A program made the translations under genes and the position numbers. The notes under the pieces are model-generated. The model was not told the origin of the DNA. It did no database searches and worked only from the letters and a program-made list of their open reading frames with translations. Below, in pieces: positions 17,822 to 27,493 of a stretch of 44,553 nt of DNA. Numbering within the stretch: position 1 is the first letter of the stretch; each line of letters begins with the position of its first letter. The stretch covers positions 1 through 44,553 of IMG/VR virus record IMGVR_UViG_3300024232_000021; one strand, written 5' to 3'. Origin of the DNA: a virus (taxonomy: Duplodnaviria; Caudoviricetes).

Positions 17822-18366
17822 GGTTCGTCCTCCGTCAGCTCGCCGTCACCAAAGTCTCCGCCGCTTGCCGCTTCGTGCTCGAGCACTGCGCCGACCACTG
17901 CGGGCAAAGTAGCAGAAGTCGTCGACGAAGCTGGACTATCACCCGCGACCGCTGCCGTCGTGGGCAATGTCGAGAGCGGGACTTCGAAGTACGCGAGCAC
18001 CCGGATGCTCTCGCAGAGCCCGTCGGTGAGCTGCGTGAAGTCCTCATGCTCGAAGTACTCGAACTTCGACTTCGACCCCGACTTCTGCTTCCTCACCGCC
18101 GTAAAGAGCGCGGCCTCCATCGCCTCGAGGTCGTCATCGTTCGCGCCGAAACAGTGCACCTCGAAGACCACCAGCTTCGCCGCGGCGAGCGGCGGGTTCC
18201 GGTTGAGCTGCTGAATCGGCGACGTCGGGCGCGAGGGCGTTCGGACCCACACGTACTTCGGGGGCTTGGCCGACCTCCACGCCTTGTCGGTGCCGCGGAA
18301 ACACGGCGCCGTCCCGGCGAGCGAAGCCGTCACCGCGTCGTAGAAGGTCTTCACGAGCCCGGACAT
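17818..18366 (-). CDS. tail terminator / completion protein (by position)
   Basis: PPKYVWV...FEVHCFG; TGATG-coupled. Confidence 0.55.
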   Translation of the reverse strand: MSGLVKTFYDAVTASLAGTAPCFRGTDKAWRSAKPPKYVWVRTPSRPTSPIQQLNRNPPLAAAKLVVFEVHCFGANDDDLEAMEAALFTAVRKQKSGSKSKFEYFEHEDFTQLTDGLCESIRVLAYFEVPLSTLPTTAAVAGDSPASSTTSATLPAVVGAVLEHEAASGGDFGDGELTEDEP

Positions 18367-18833
18367 CAGCCCGCCTCCTCGCCCGACGAGCTCGTCGCCT
18401 GGCCCTTGAGGATCTTGCCGAGGAGCTGCCGGAGCGAGCCTTGAATGCGCGGCCCCCAGACGGGACCGAGCCGATCGCCCTCGGGGAGCAGCTTGCGCGG
18501 CTGGCGCCTCGAGGTCCCCTTCTGCAGCGGAGCGGCGTGGCGCGCGCTGAAACCGAACTGCACGCCGGCGGCGAGCACGCGCTGGTAGGCGCTGCCGAGG
18601 AGCGTGCCGTGCCGAAACATCGGGCGCGCCGCGAGCGCGTCCTTCGCCTTCGGCCAGGAGGAGCCGTCGGGCCCGACGCCGGTCCGGAACTGCCGCTTCT
18701 GCTGCGAGCCGATCACCTTGCCCGCGCGCTCGACCAGCTTCTTCCGCGCCTCACCGCTGGCGATGCTCTGTGCGCGCTCGATGAGCTTGCTCAGCTTGCC
18801 TTCCCAATCGCCGAGGAGCGCACCGCGGGCCAT
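18366..18833 (-). CDS. virion morphogenesis protein (Mu gpG / P2 gpS-like)
   Basis: QFRTGVGPDGSSW...HGTLLGS...HAAPLQKG...PRKLLP. Confidence 0.8.
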   Translation of the reverse strand: MARGALLGDWEGKLSKLIERAQSIASGEARKKLVERAGKVIGSQQKRQFRTGVGPDGSSWPKAKDALAARPMFRHGTLLGSAYQRVLAAGVQFGFSARHAAPLQKGTSRRQPRKLLPEGDRLGPVWGPRIQGSLRQLLGKILKGQATSSSGEEAG

Positions 18834-19258
18834 CAGCTGAAGCCGCCGCCGTCGTCGAGCCAGCCGTCGGGCGTGCAGCTCGAGACCATGGGCGCGCCCT
18901 CGTCGTCGTTCGGCGTGGCATCGACGAGGTCGATCGGTTCGATCTCGCCCTTGCCCACGCTTTCCGCCCACGCGAGCGCGGCGACGTACGCGTTGTAGCG
19001 GGCTGCCTCGGTCTCGTTCTTCGGGTTCGTCCCGTCGCGCATGAGCACGAGCCATGCGGCGACGTCGCACGTGTAGCCGTTCAGGTCGTCGCCCCACGAC
19101 GTGAAGGGGGCGACCTTCTTCGGCGCCATCCGCCCGGCGAGCATCGCGGAGGCGCGCTTGAGGAACTTCACCTTCCGCGGGCTCGTCAGTCCGACTGTCG
19201 CCTCCGGGGGCAACCCCAGATCGTCGAAGTCGGCTTCGGTGGCGAACTGCTGCGACAC
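18833..19258 (-). CDS. head-tail adaptor (Mu gp36 / DUF1320-like)
   Basis: FATEAD...CDVAAW...YVAALAWAESVGKGEI; SD GGAGAGGAG. Confidence 0.75.
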   Translation of the reverse strand: MSQQFATEADFDDLGLPPEATVGLTSPRKVKFLKRASAMLAGRMAPKKVAPFTSWGDDLNGYTCDVAAWLVLMRDGTNPKNETEAARYNAYVAALAWAESVGKGEIEPIDLVDATPNDDEGAPMVSSCTPDGWLDDGGGFS

Positions 19259-19293
19259 GAGCTCGGGCTCCTCTCCGGCTCATCGGCCGACCA

Positions 19294-19323
19294 CGCGCCT
19301 CGAGACCATAGCCTCGAGGCGCG
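19294..19323. other. 11-bp perfect inverted repeat after the capsid gene (terminator or promoter-associated)
   Basis: CGCGCCTCGAG-N8-CTCGAGGCGCG; the minus-strand loop contains TATGGT. Confidence 0.5.
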
Positions 19324-19340
19324 GGCGTCGACCTACGAGC

Positions 19341-20273
19341 TCAGCTCGGCTCGACGCGTGCGCACTTCCACCAGACGCCGAGCCCGGCCCGGCCGCGTGC
19401 ACGCGAGCCAGCGAGGAACTCGTCGAGGTCGAAGACGCGCGGGTCGTCCGGGGAGACGCGGGGCACGAGATCCGGCATGTAGCGCGCGCCGAAGAGGAGC
19501 GGCTTCTCGCCGGAGACGTCGATGAGGTACCAGGTGCCGACTTCGCCGCCGAGCGACTTCACGAGCAGCGGCTTCGCCATGCCGGCCGACGTGTTCGTGC
19601 CCGCGCCGAAGGTGCTCGCCGTCGTCCCATCGAGGATGGCGATCGGGGCGTTGCAGATCTGCTTTGCCATGTCGGTGTTCGACGCCTCGTGAACGAGGTA
19701 GACCTCGTCGCCGAAGTCGTCGAGCGGCTCGTTGTCGGCGCCCTTCAGTGCCGCCATCGCCTGCCACACCGCGACGAAGTTTGGGCGGTTGAGGGGCTTC
19801 GCCGGGAAGAGGTTCGCCTGCGCCCCGCTCTTCTTGCCGAAGTTGATCAGGTGGTCGGTCGCGAAGAAGTTCTTCCCGTCGAAGCAGATCTCGCTCTTGC
19901 CCGCCTGGAGTCGATCGCGCACCAGGAGCTCGGCCCACTTGGCGGAGGCCTGCCCCATGCGGGCGAAGCGCTGCGCGTAGAGACCGATCTGGTCGTCCTC
20001 GATGTGCTCGCGCGAGATGCCCGTCGTGAGCTCGAACTTCTCGGCCGCCATCTTGTAGTTCTCGATGACGGCGTTCAGCACTTCGCGGGGGCCGGTCCAC
20101 TTGCGGAAGCGCGGGAGCCGGTCCTGATAGGCGAGGAGGATCTCCTTCGTGATCATCGGCACGACGTTCACGAGGTTGTCCATCAGAGGCGTGGACACCT
20201 TCGCGACGCCCTCGTCGTAGTAGGTGCGCACGTTCTGGAAGACGAGCTTGAGGTTGTCGGGGGTCATGTCCAT
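19341..20273 (-). CDS. major capsid protein (Mu gpT-like)
   Basis: LPRFRKWTGPR, KFELTTGISREHIEDDQIGLY, CFDGKNFFATDH and WYLID motifs. Confidence 0.92.
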   Translation of the reverse strand: MDMTPDNLKLVFQNVRTYYDEGVAKVSTPLMDNLVNVVPMITKEILLAYQDRLPRFRKWTGPREVLNAVIENYKMAAEKFELTTGISREHIEDDQIGLYAQRFARMGQASAKWAELLVRDRLQAGKSEICFDGKNFFATDHLINFGKKSGAQANLFPAKPLNRPNFVAVWQAMAALKGADNEPLDDFGDEVYLVHEASNTDMAKQICNAPIAILDGTTASTFGAGTNTSAGMAKPLLVKSLGGEVGTWYLIDVSGEKPLLFGARYMPDLVPRVSPDDPRVFDLDEFLAGSRARGRAGLGVWWKCARVEPS

Positions 20274-20304
20274 CGTGGGTTCCTCTTCTTCCTCTCGCTC
20301 GGGT

Positions 20305-21174
20305 TCAGGACGCGGTGGTCGGGATCGCGCCCGAGTGCGTCAGCAGGATGTAGAGCGCCGTGTCGGTACCGCCGGCCGTCAGCGCGGTGCCGAGGACGTT
20401 GCCGCCGAGCAGCGGGTCGGTCGCGCCACCGGTGTCGCTCGTGTCGGTCACGCCCTTCACGGACGCCTTCGCCTTGCCGGACGAGTCGGACTCGAGCTGC
20501 GCGCCGATGGTCTGCGCGGCCGCGGCGATGAACTTCGAGATGCCGAAGACGCGAATCTTCGCGACCTCCCCCGTGTTGGGCGCGTTCTGCAGGATGCCGC
20601 ATGCGAAGTCGCCGGCGCCGCAGAGGGCGGCGGCCGCCGCGGAGTTCACCTTCACCGCGAAAAACTGCTTCGTGCGCAGGTCCGCCGCCGCAAGGAGCTC
20701 GATGTCGAACCCGGCGCGGTTCAGAGGGCTGGTGCCCACGCGGACGCGCGCGCTCGTGCCGTCGTCGCCGAGCCCCTCGAAGATGCCGGCCTCGAGGCGC
20801 GTCCCGGCGGCGCTGGTGCGCGCGACGGTGTGGTTGTCGACGACGTAGCAGAGGTTGCCCTTGTCGGCGGCCGTGAGCGCGTCGGTCGTCGCCGAGTTGT
20901 CGAGCTGGGCGATGCCGCGGAAGAACTCCGCGGTGATGCCGCCGGCGGTGTGCCCGGTGACGGTGTTGTCGTAGTCCGCGCGCGCGATGCCGCGCGGGCC
21001 TCCGATCCAGTTCGCCGAGACGGGCGTCGCCCGGCCCGCCGAGTCGAGGCCGACCAGCGTCCCGACGGGGATGTAGACGTTGTCGGCGACGGGCGCGGAG
21101 TCGACCTCGGGGATCGCGCCGCCGCTGCTCATCGTCGTGTCGCGCTTGCCAGTGCTGTCGGTGTAGTCGGCCAT
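20305..21174 (-). CDS. capsid decoration / cement protein with two tandem domains
   Basis: First domain VGTLVGLDSAG...CYVVDNHTVA; second DUF2190-like GILQNAP...IGAQLESDSSGKA. Confidence 0.7.
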   Translation of the reverse strand: MADYTDSTGKRDTTMSSGGAIPEVDSAPVADNVYIPVGTLVGLDSAGRATPVSANWIGGPRGIARADYDNTVTGHTAGGITAEFFRGIAQLDNSATTDALTAADKGNLCYVVDNHTVARTSAAGTRLEAGIFEGLGDDGTSARVRVGTSPLNRAGFDIELLAAADLRTKQFFAVKVNSAAAAALCGAGDFACGILQNAPNTGEVAKIRVFGISKFIAAAAQTIGAQLESDSSGKAKASVKGVTDTSDTGGATDPLLGGNVLGTALTAGGTDTALYILLTHSGAIPTTAS

Positions 21175-21200
21175 GTTCTTTTCCCTTGTCCTTCCTCAGG

Positions 21201-22691
21201 TCACTCGGGCAGGTCGGCCGCCCGCTCGACGCGCTTCTCCCACGCCGCCTTGATTCGGCTCGGCGTGAGCCCCATCAGGCGCATCACCTTCTTCGCCTCG
21301 GGCGACGTCACGTCGGGCGGCCCGCCGTAGAGCATCTTTCCCTTCACGCTCGAGAGCGCGAGCGCGTGCGGGAGCGCGGTCGCCCCCTCGGTCACCTGCG
21401 TCGGCTCCGGCGCCTCGTGCCCCTTGTCGAGGACCGCGCGGCGCGTGAGACGCGAGGCGACGCCGGCGAGCTGCTCGGGATCGGCGCCGCGGAGCTTGCC
21501 GTTCGGATCGGGCTTGCCGGTCGCGTCGACGCGCTTGGCGCCGCACTTCTCGAGCCAGAAGTCGCGGTCGGCCGGCGGGAACTTCTCGGCGTTCTTCTCG
21601 AGGATGAGCTGCAGCTCGCGCTCGCGCGCGTCGGCCTCGAGCTTCACGGCGCGATCGAGCGCGGCCTGCGCGATCTCGCCGGTCTTCGTCATGCCGGCGA
21701 CGGCACCGATCGCCTCCTTGCAGGACTTCGCGCCCGTCGCGCGGAGGAGCTCCTGACGCTCGGCGAGGGCCGTCTCGACTTCGGCTTCGGTGGCGGTCTC
21801 CGAAAGGCCCAGGCTCAGCGCGATCTTCTTCAGGTCCATGTTGCTCGATCCCTTCCGTGAGAGCGCCACCAGGGCAGCGACAGTTGATTCGAAGCTGCCG
21901 ACGCCGTCGGCCATGCCGGCGTCGACCGCGGACTTGCCGATGAGCGTGCCGCCCCCGCCGAAGTCCTTCATGACCTTCGCCGCCGAGACGCCGCGGTTCG
22001 TCGCAACGGTGCCGACGAAGACGTCGGCGATCTCGTCGATCTTCGCCTGCACGAGCGCGCGACCCTCGTCCGTCGTCGGATCGGTGCGCTTGCGGGGAGA
22101 CTGCGTCGAGACGATCTCGATCTTCTTCGAGGCCTCGTCGGCCTTCGGGTTCGCCATCACCGCGACCACGCCGATCGATCCGACCTCGGCCGTCGCGTCG
22201 ACGATGACCTTGTCTGCCGCGCTCGCGATCCAGTACGCGGCCGAGCAGGCCTGGTGCCCGACGTAGGCGTAGATCGGCTTCTTGCCGCGCGCGGCGCGCA
22301 CCATCTCGGCGAACTCGTTGATGCCCGAGACCTCGCCCCCGGGCGAGTCGACGTTCAGGAGGATCGCCCTCACGTCCTTGTTCTCGAGCGCCGCGGTGAA
22401 GTCGCGCGCGAGGATTTCGATCGACGTCGCGCCGCTGACCTGCGTGAACAGGTTCGCGCGGCGGAAGACCGGGCCGACCATCGGGATGATGCCGACGCCA
22501 TCGCGCTCTTCGGCGACCTGGGTGTTGCCGAGCGGGCGACCGAGACGCGCCTCGAGAGCCTCGAGGTCCTCGCCCTCGCCCTTCGCGATGTTCAGGATCG
22601 TCTCGAGCCACTGAGCGCTGATCGCCCAGCTGAGGGACGCCGCGAGCGCGTACGCCGACGCGCGCTTCACGAGCTCACCTGCTTTGCCCAC
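21201..22691 (-). CDS. S49 (ClpP-like) prohead protease with C-terminal scaffold
   Basis: LNVDSPGG, ACSAAYWIASAAD, VGSIGV and GMADGV motifs. Confidence 0.92.
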   Translation of the reverse strand: MGKAGELVKRASAYALAASLSWAISAQWLETILNIAKGEGEDLEALEARLGRPLGNTQVAEERDGVGIIPMVGPVFRRANLFTQVSGATSIEILARDFTAALENKDVRAILLNVDSPGGEVSGINEFAEMVRAARGKKPIYAYVGHQACSAAYWIASAADKVIVDATAEVGSIGVVAVMANPKADEASKKIEIVSTQSPRKRTDPTTDEGRALVQAKIDEIADVFVGTVATNRGVSAAKVMKDFGGGGTLIGKSAVDAGMADGVGSFESTVAALVALSRKGSSNMDLKKIALSLGLSETATEAEVETALAERQELLRATGAKSCKEAIGAVAGMTKTGEIAQAALDRAVKLEADARERELQLILEKNAEKFPPADRDFWLEKCGAKRVDATGKPDPNGKLRGADPEQLAGVASRLTRRAVLDKGHEAPEPTQVTEGATALPHALALSSVKGKMLYGGPPDVTSPEAKKVMRLMGLTPSRIKAAWEKRVERAADLPE

Positions 22692-22765
22692 GTCACGCGT
22701 GAACGCATAGCAGGTCTATACAGCACACGTGGGCAATCGCGCGCCGGTGAAATCGGCGCGCGAGC

Positions 22766-24151
22766 TCAGCCCCCAGGCGGTGGCGGGGCCCGTTGCTGGT
22801 CCGGATCGGGCGGTGGGGCTGCCGGCGGCGTTCCTCCAGGAGGGGACGCCGGGGAGACACCGCCCGGTTTCTGCTCGCCCGGCTCGGGCGTCGTCTCCTC
22901 TTCCTCCTCCTCGTCGAGGGGGTTCTCGTCGCCGCCCTTGAGCTTGTCGAGGTCCTCGACGCCGGCGAAGCGCACGATGATCGCGCGGGCCTCGTTCACC
23001 GTCACGAGCGGCCCGGTGACGCCTTCACGAAGCGCGCGCACCGCCGTCGAGACCTGCGAGAGGATGTTCGATCGCTTCGCGTTGTCGGCAGGAGGCGCCG
23101 GGTCGTAACAGGTGCGCGGCGCGAGGTCCTCGGAGCCGTAGTTTTCCTTCGCGTAGGGCATGAGGACCTGGTCCTCGATGAAGTCCGCGAAGTCCTCGGC
23201 GTCCGCCTCGACGCGGTCGAGCTCCTTCGCCTGGCCGCCCTCGGCCTGCTTGTACGAGCCGGGCGAGCCGTGCGTGGTGAGCGTGGAACCGTTGACGGCG
23301 ACCGCGAAGCTCCTATCGCAGTAGTCGATGAGTCGCTGAAACCCCTCGCCCTTGTTTGCTTCGGTCATCGCGACGTCGACGTCGAAGCCCTCTGGCAGCG
23401 CGATGACGGGGTCGCGGCCGAGGTTCTTCACGGCGCGGAAGAAGCGCTTGATCACGTCCTTGTTCGACACGCGCGCTGGCGTCTTCGCCTTGCGGATGCC
23501 GAGCCCGTAGAGCTCGACCGCGCGCGAGAAGCTGTTGAGCGCCGCGACCTTGATCACCCAGGGGACCGCGAGCGACCGCACGAGCCCTTCCATCCACGGC
23601 CGCTCGTCCCATTCCGTGCCCCCGAAGAGCACCCAGCGCCCATCGCCCGGTGTGAACCTCACGGTGCCCTTGTCGAGCGTGTTCATCTGGTAGCCCTTGA
23701 AGGCTTCGTTCCAGCGCAGGTGCTGGGGGTGCCAGATCTTCAGCGAGGGGATCCACTTGTCGTCGCGCTCGGTCTTCGGGAGCTCCCCGGGGGCGAGCCC
23801 CATCATCAGGCGCCAGCGGATGAAGCGTGCGAGGTGCCGCTTCCGGAAGCGGCGGGGCCACCACTCCGCGACGTCGTTCGCAACGGCCTGCGCCTGGCGC
23901 TGGTCGCCGACGAGGGACTTCTTCACCTCCATCGGCAGCCCGAGCATCGCGAGGATGCGCGTGTCGAACTGGTTCCGGATCTCCGGGTCGCGCAGGATGT
24001 GATCGCTCAGGAGCGAAGAGCGCGAGAAGTCGCCGAGCTCGTGGGCGACGAGCGCGGCGCGCACGCCATCGACCTTCCAAATCGGTGCCGTCTGATTCGG
24101 CAGCTGCATTGCAGCCGCGCCGATCGGGGCAAAGGGGCTCGCGTTGATCAT
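22766..24151 (-). CDS. portal protein (DUF935 / Mu gp29-like)
   Basis: VELYGLGIRKAK, FQRLIDYCDRSFAVAVNGSTLTT; follows the terminase. Confidence 0.88.
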   Translation of the reverse strand: MINASPFAPIGAAAMQLPNQTAPIWKVDGVRAALVAHELGDFSRSSLLSDHILRDPEIRNQFDTRILAMLGLPMEVKKSLVGDQRQAQAVANDVAEWWPRRFRKRHLARFIRWRLMMGLAPGELPKTERDDKWIPSLKIWHPQHLRWNEAFKGYQMNTLDKGTVRFTPGDGRWVLFGGTEWDERPWMEGLVRSLAVPWVIKVAALNSFSRAVELYGLGIRKAKTPARVSNKDVIKRFFRAVKNLGRDPVIALPEGFDVDVAMTEANKGEGFQRLIDYCDRSFAVAVNGSTLTTHGSPGSYKQAEGGQAKELDRVEADAEDFADFIEDQVLMPYAKENYGSEDLAPRTCYDPAPPADNAKRSNILSQVSTAVRALREGVTGPLVTVNEARAIIVRFAGVEDLDKLKGGDENPLDEEEEEETTPEPGEQKPGGVSPASPPGGTPPAAPPPDPDQQRAPPPPGG

Positions 24152-24178
24152 CGTGGTGGCCTCGCTTCCTGCCTAGCT

Positions 24179-25918
24179 CTACCCGTCTCCGAAGTACTCG
24201 TCGTCGTCTTCTTCGTCTTCGTCCTTGTAGAACCCATCGTCGAAGGGGTCGGCGCCAGGCTCGGCGACGCCAGCGGCGCGCTTCCACTCCCGGTCGTCGG
24301 CCTTCTTCTTCGACCCCTTCGTCGAGCGCGCAACCTCCATCACCTTCTCGGCCTCGGCCGAGCTCCCGGGCTCGAAGACGGCCAGGCACACGCCGTCGGC
24401 GCGGTCCGGCGAGCGCTTGAGGACCTTCTTCATCTCGTCCTTCGACGAGATGCGGATCTTCCCGGCCGGGTCGATCTTGTAGGTCGGCGCCACGCACTCG
24501 GCGACGAGCTTGGAGTCGTCCGGGATCGCCCCGCCGCCCTCGAGGAAGAGCCGGAGCCGCCACCAGAGCTCGTCGCGCATCCGGTGGAACTGCGCGTCGG
24601 CGTCCTCGTCGCCGGCGTCGGTCGGCGGATCCTGGGCGTGGATCGCGTGCACCTCGATGCCTTTCTGCGCGTCGAGGAGCGCGAAGACGGCGGCGCCGAG
24701 CCCGGTGACGTCGACGTTGACGATCGGCTCCTCGCCGAGCCGGCGCTGGTCGATCACCATCTTCATCACGGCGGCCGCGACCTCGGTTTCGTCCTTTCCG
24801 AGAAGCGTCTGAGGACGGCTCACGAATAGCCCGCGACGCCACGCCATCGCGGTTTCATCGCCTCCATACCGCGCGACGTCGACGCCGATCCGGAGGCGAT
24901 CCTTCGGCATCGGGCCGCGCGCCATTGCGTGCCACCGCTTGTTCGCCTCGGTGACCATGTGCAGCGAGATGACGGCGTTGTCGGCCTGCTTCGGGAAGTC
25001 GCCGCGCACGCGCACCGCGTAGAGGGGCGAGTCGACGCCCCACACGCGCTTCTTTTCATCCACCCATTCGCGCGTCGCGAGCCCCGGGATCGGCGGCACG
25101 ACGGCGGCCGCCTCCTCGCTCGAGATCTGAACGCATTCCCACTCGCCCGCCTCCTCGTGGAACGCGCGGAAGAACGCACCGCTCGTCTTCGTCGGGTTGC
25201 TGAAGAGGATCACCAGCGCGCCGCCGGCGGCGTTGCCCTCGATGGCCTCGAAGATCTCCTCGCCGATGCCCGAGGCCTCGTCGCACAGGTAGAGGACCGC
25301 CGGGCCCGAGATGCCCGCCATCTTCTCGGGCTCGTCGGTGCTGAAGCCGACCACCTCGCGCCCGTCGGGGTACTGCAGCCCCGTCTCCGGGTCCTTCGCG
25401 AAGTCGCCGCCGATCGGCCAGCGCGCGCGGCGGTAGAGACGCCGGAGCTCCTTCCAGAGGATCGCCTTGATCTGGCGCGCGCTCGCCGACGTCATCACCA
25501 CGCGCGCGCGGTCGCGCGTGCAGTACCACCAGAGCGCGAGGATCGCGGCGGTCGTGCTCTTGCCGACCTTGTGGCCTGAGCGCACGGCGAGCTTCCGCTT
25601 CCCCTTCTTCGAGCGCCGCTCGAGGACCATCGCGCAGCCCGCGGCCTTGTCCAGGAGCTCGCGCTGCCGGTCCCACACCTCGGTGTCGAGGACCTCGCTC
25701 GCGAACAGCGCGGGATCGTCGCGCCACCGCTCGACGCCAGCGAGCGCGGCGCGGTCGTAGATCTCCGCGGCCGTCCCCTGGCCGAGCAGCTCCTCCACGT
25801 CGAGCTCGACGAGCTTCGGCGGCGTCGACGCGCGCGGCTTCACGCGCCGCTTCGACGCCGATCCGCTCTTCGGCCTACTTCTTCGGGAAGCCGCGTGCGA
25901 GGAAGCCGGCGAGGTCAT
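24179..25918 (-). CDS. terL: terminase large subunit (start uncertain)
   Basis: VRSGHKVGKS Walker A, LCDEASG, SNPT, IGVDVARYGGD and RSPDRADG. Confidence 0.93.
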   Translation of the reverse strand: MTSPASSHAASRRSRPKSGSASKRRVKPRASTPPKLVELDVEELLGQGTAAEIYDRAALAGVERWRDDPALFASEVLDTEVWDRQRELLDKAAGCAMVLERRSKKGKRKLAVRSGHKVGKSTTAAILALWWYCTRDRARVVMTSASARQIKAILWKELRRLYRRARWPIGGDFAKDPETGLQYPDGREVVGFSTDEPEKMAGISGPAVLYLCDEASGIGEEIFEAIEGNAAGGALVILFSNPTKTSGAFFRAFHEEAGEWECVQISSEEAAAVVPPIPGLATREWVDEKKRVWGVDSPLYAVRVRGDFPKQADNAVISLHMVTEANKRWHAMARGPMPKDRLRIGVDVARYGGDETAMAWRRGLFVSRPQTLLGKDETEVAAAVMKMVIDQRRLGEEPIVNVDVTGLGAAVFALLDAQKGIEVHAIHAQDPPTDAGDEDADAQFHRMRDELWWRLRLFLEGGGAIPDDSKLVAECVAPTYKIDPAGKIRISSKDEMKKVLKRSPDRADGVCLAVFEPGSSAEAEKVMEVARSTKGSKKKADDREWKRAAGVAEPGADPFDDGFYKDEDEEDDDEYFGDG

Positions 25919-26357
25919 CGATGCTCTTTCTCGCGTCGGGCGCGTCGGCGCCGACGTAGTGCAGCTTCATGTCGATGAAGCGTGCGTAGTTCAGCCAGAG
26001 CGCCTTCCCCTCCGAGATCAGCATCTGCCGCGGGATGCTCCCGAGCGGAGCCCGCTTCTTGTTGTCGAGCGCGCGCTCGAGCTTCTTCAGCTGCCGCACG
26101 ATCGCCTTCATCCGGTAGTCGAGCACCAGGAGATCGGCCGGGAGCTTCTTCTGCAGCTCGCCGCGCACCGTCGCCTTCGCGACGTCCGCGCGCTCCTTCT
26201 GCGTGTCGGCGAGGAAGCTCGCGATCGTCGTGTGCGAGACGCTGACCTTGTGCTTCTTCAGGAGCCACGCCTGGATCCACCGCGACGACTTGTTCATCGC
26301 CGCCTGCGCGAGCACGTGCTGCTCGAGCGTGGGGCTCAGTGCGCGAGAGCGACCCAT
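25875..26357 (-). CDS. terminase small subunit (by position)
   Basis: N-terminal HTH (IQAWL...VSVSHTTI); directly upstream of terL. Confidence 0.7.
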   Translation of the reverse strand: MGRSRALSPTLEQHVLAQAAMNKSSRWIQAWLLKKHKVSVSHTTIASFLADTQKERADVAKATVRGELQKKLPADLLVLDYRMKAIVRQLKKLERALDNKKRAPLGSIPRQMLISEGKALWLNYARFIDMKLHYVGADAPDARKSIDDLAGFLARGFPKK

Positions 26358-26441
26358 CGCGTCCTCTTCTTGGCCTTCACAGGCTTAGTTGTACAGACCG
26401 TCCGCGGCGGCCGCTTGTAAAGCAGGTGTGAACCGCCGTCG

Positions 26442-26487
26442 ATTGCCCGGAAAAACCGTTGCGTGGTGGGCAATCGATATGGGCAAA
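26442..26487. promoter_or_regulatory. cluster of three GGGCAA motifs in the AT-rich late-operon control region
   Basis: ATTGCCCGG at 26442, GTGGGCAAT at 26466 and ATGGGCAAA at 26479, upstream of terS. Confidence 0.6.
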
Positions 26488-26570
26488 ACACCGAACCACC
26501 CCATACGCAAATTGTAGCTGTAAACGGGAAAGAGGCGCCTCCTGTCCGTTCTCGTTCACACCCAAATTGA

Positions 26571-27056
26571 CTACGGGGGTGCCCCCGACACAGCTGCAGC
26601 GGAATCGTTGTAAATCGGTCGTTCGAGCCCCTGCACGTGGCCGATGAGGTGAGGGGTGGGCCGGAACCACTCGCCGACCTTGTCACGCCAGGCTGCGCTG
26701 CCCTGCTGGTCCTCCCTGCGAAGAAGGCGCGATTCGTTGAACTGCTGATGACGAGCCTGCTCGAGCGAGTGGCTTCCTCTCTCGAGCCCCACCATCCACA
26801 CAGGGAATGGGCTGAACGTTGCTGCCGAGCTGATGCGGTCGGCGAGCTTCGAGGTCTTCCCGATCTTCACGTAGCGAGAGATCTGCAGGTAGTAGATCCA
26901 GCCCCCACCCAGCGCGTCGAGGGCGCGCAACTCCTCCCAGGTGAAGACCGTTGCGATGGGCTCCGCCAGGCCCGCAGTGGACTGAAGCTGCACGAGCTTC
27001 TTCTCGAGGCGCTCGACCTTGGCCAAGAGGTGGCGAATCGATTCAGGTTCGACCAT
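26571..27056 (-). CDS. GIY-YIG nuclease-like protein (T5orf172 / MUG113-like)
   Basis: WIYYLQ...VKIGKT...R...LEQARHQQF...GEWF. Confidence 0.8.
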   Translation of the reverse strand: MVEPESIRHLLAKVERLEKKLVQLQSTAGLAEPIATVFTWEELRALDALGGGWIYYLQISRYVKIGKTSKLADRISSAATFSPFPVWMVGLERGSHSLEQARHQQFNESRLLRREDQQGSAAWRDKVGEWFRPTPHLIGHVQGLERPIYNDSAAAVSGAPP

Positions 27057-27493
27057 CAGCACCTCGGCTCGATGCGGATGCGCACGCCGTGGTAGCCCCT
27101 GGGCCCCTTCTCTCGCCTGCACAGGTACTCGACCAGGTCGTCACGCCGATCGTCGATGCCGAGCCACTTCGCGACGGCGTCTCGTACGTGCTTGAGCGCG
27201 CCCCAGACGTTGTCGCTGTCGATGTGGCCGAAGGAGATGCGGGTGAGGGTCACGCGCAGGGGAGGGTTATAGGGGCATCGGAGCGTTCGGGAGCGGAGGG
27301 CATTGCCCACGAGCTCGTGCTGGGAGTCGACGTGCTTCTTAGTGGTGAACCACGCCTCGTGCCGGGAGCGGTTTGCTTCCGACCTGGTGTGGACGGGGAC
27401 GAGGAGCTCGAGGTGCGCGGGCAGCTCGACGCCCTCGATGGCGGGCTTGCGCCCCCTCGAGCGCGGCGAGCTGCTCGACGCCGTCGACTTCAC
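27056..27493 (-). CDS. RusA-like Holliday junction resolvase
   Basis: RVTLTRI...IDSDNVWGALKHVRDAVA...IDD. Confidence 0.7.
   Translation of the reverse strand: MKSTASSSSPRSRGRKPAIEGVELPAHLELLVPVHTRSEANRSRHEAWFTTKKHVDSQHELVGNALRSRTLRCPYNPPLRVTLTRISFGHIDSDNVWGALKHVRDAVAKWLGIDDRRDDLVEYLCRREKGPRGYHGVRIRIEPRC

Noticed and set aside
18366-24151. Transposable Mu-like phage
   Set aside because: Head genes are Mu-like, but there is no DDE transposase, MuB, or host-DNA ends; replication appears DnaB-based.
22793-24829. Long antisense or overlapping ORFs (this one, 1566-3278, 10693-12393, 36697-38268 and others)
   Set aside because: Expected shadow ORFs in ~70% GC DNA, opposite or overlapping well-supported genes; Arg/Ala-rich with no recognisable motifs.
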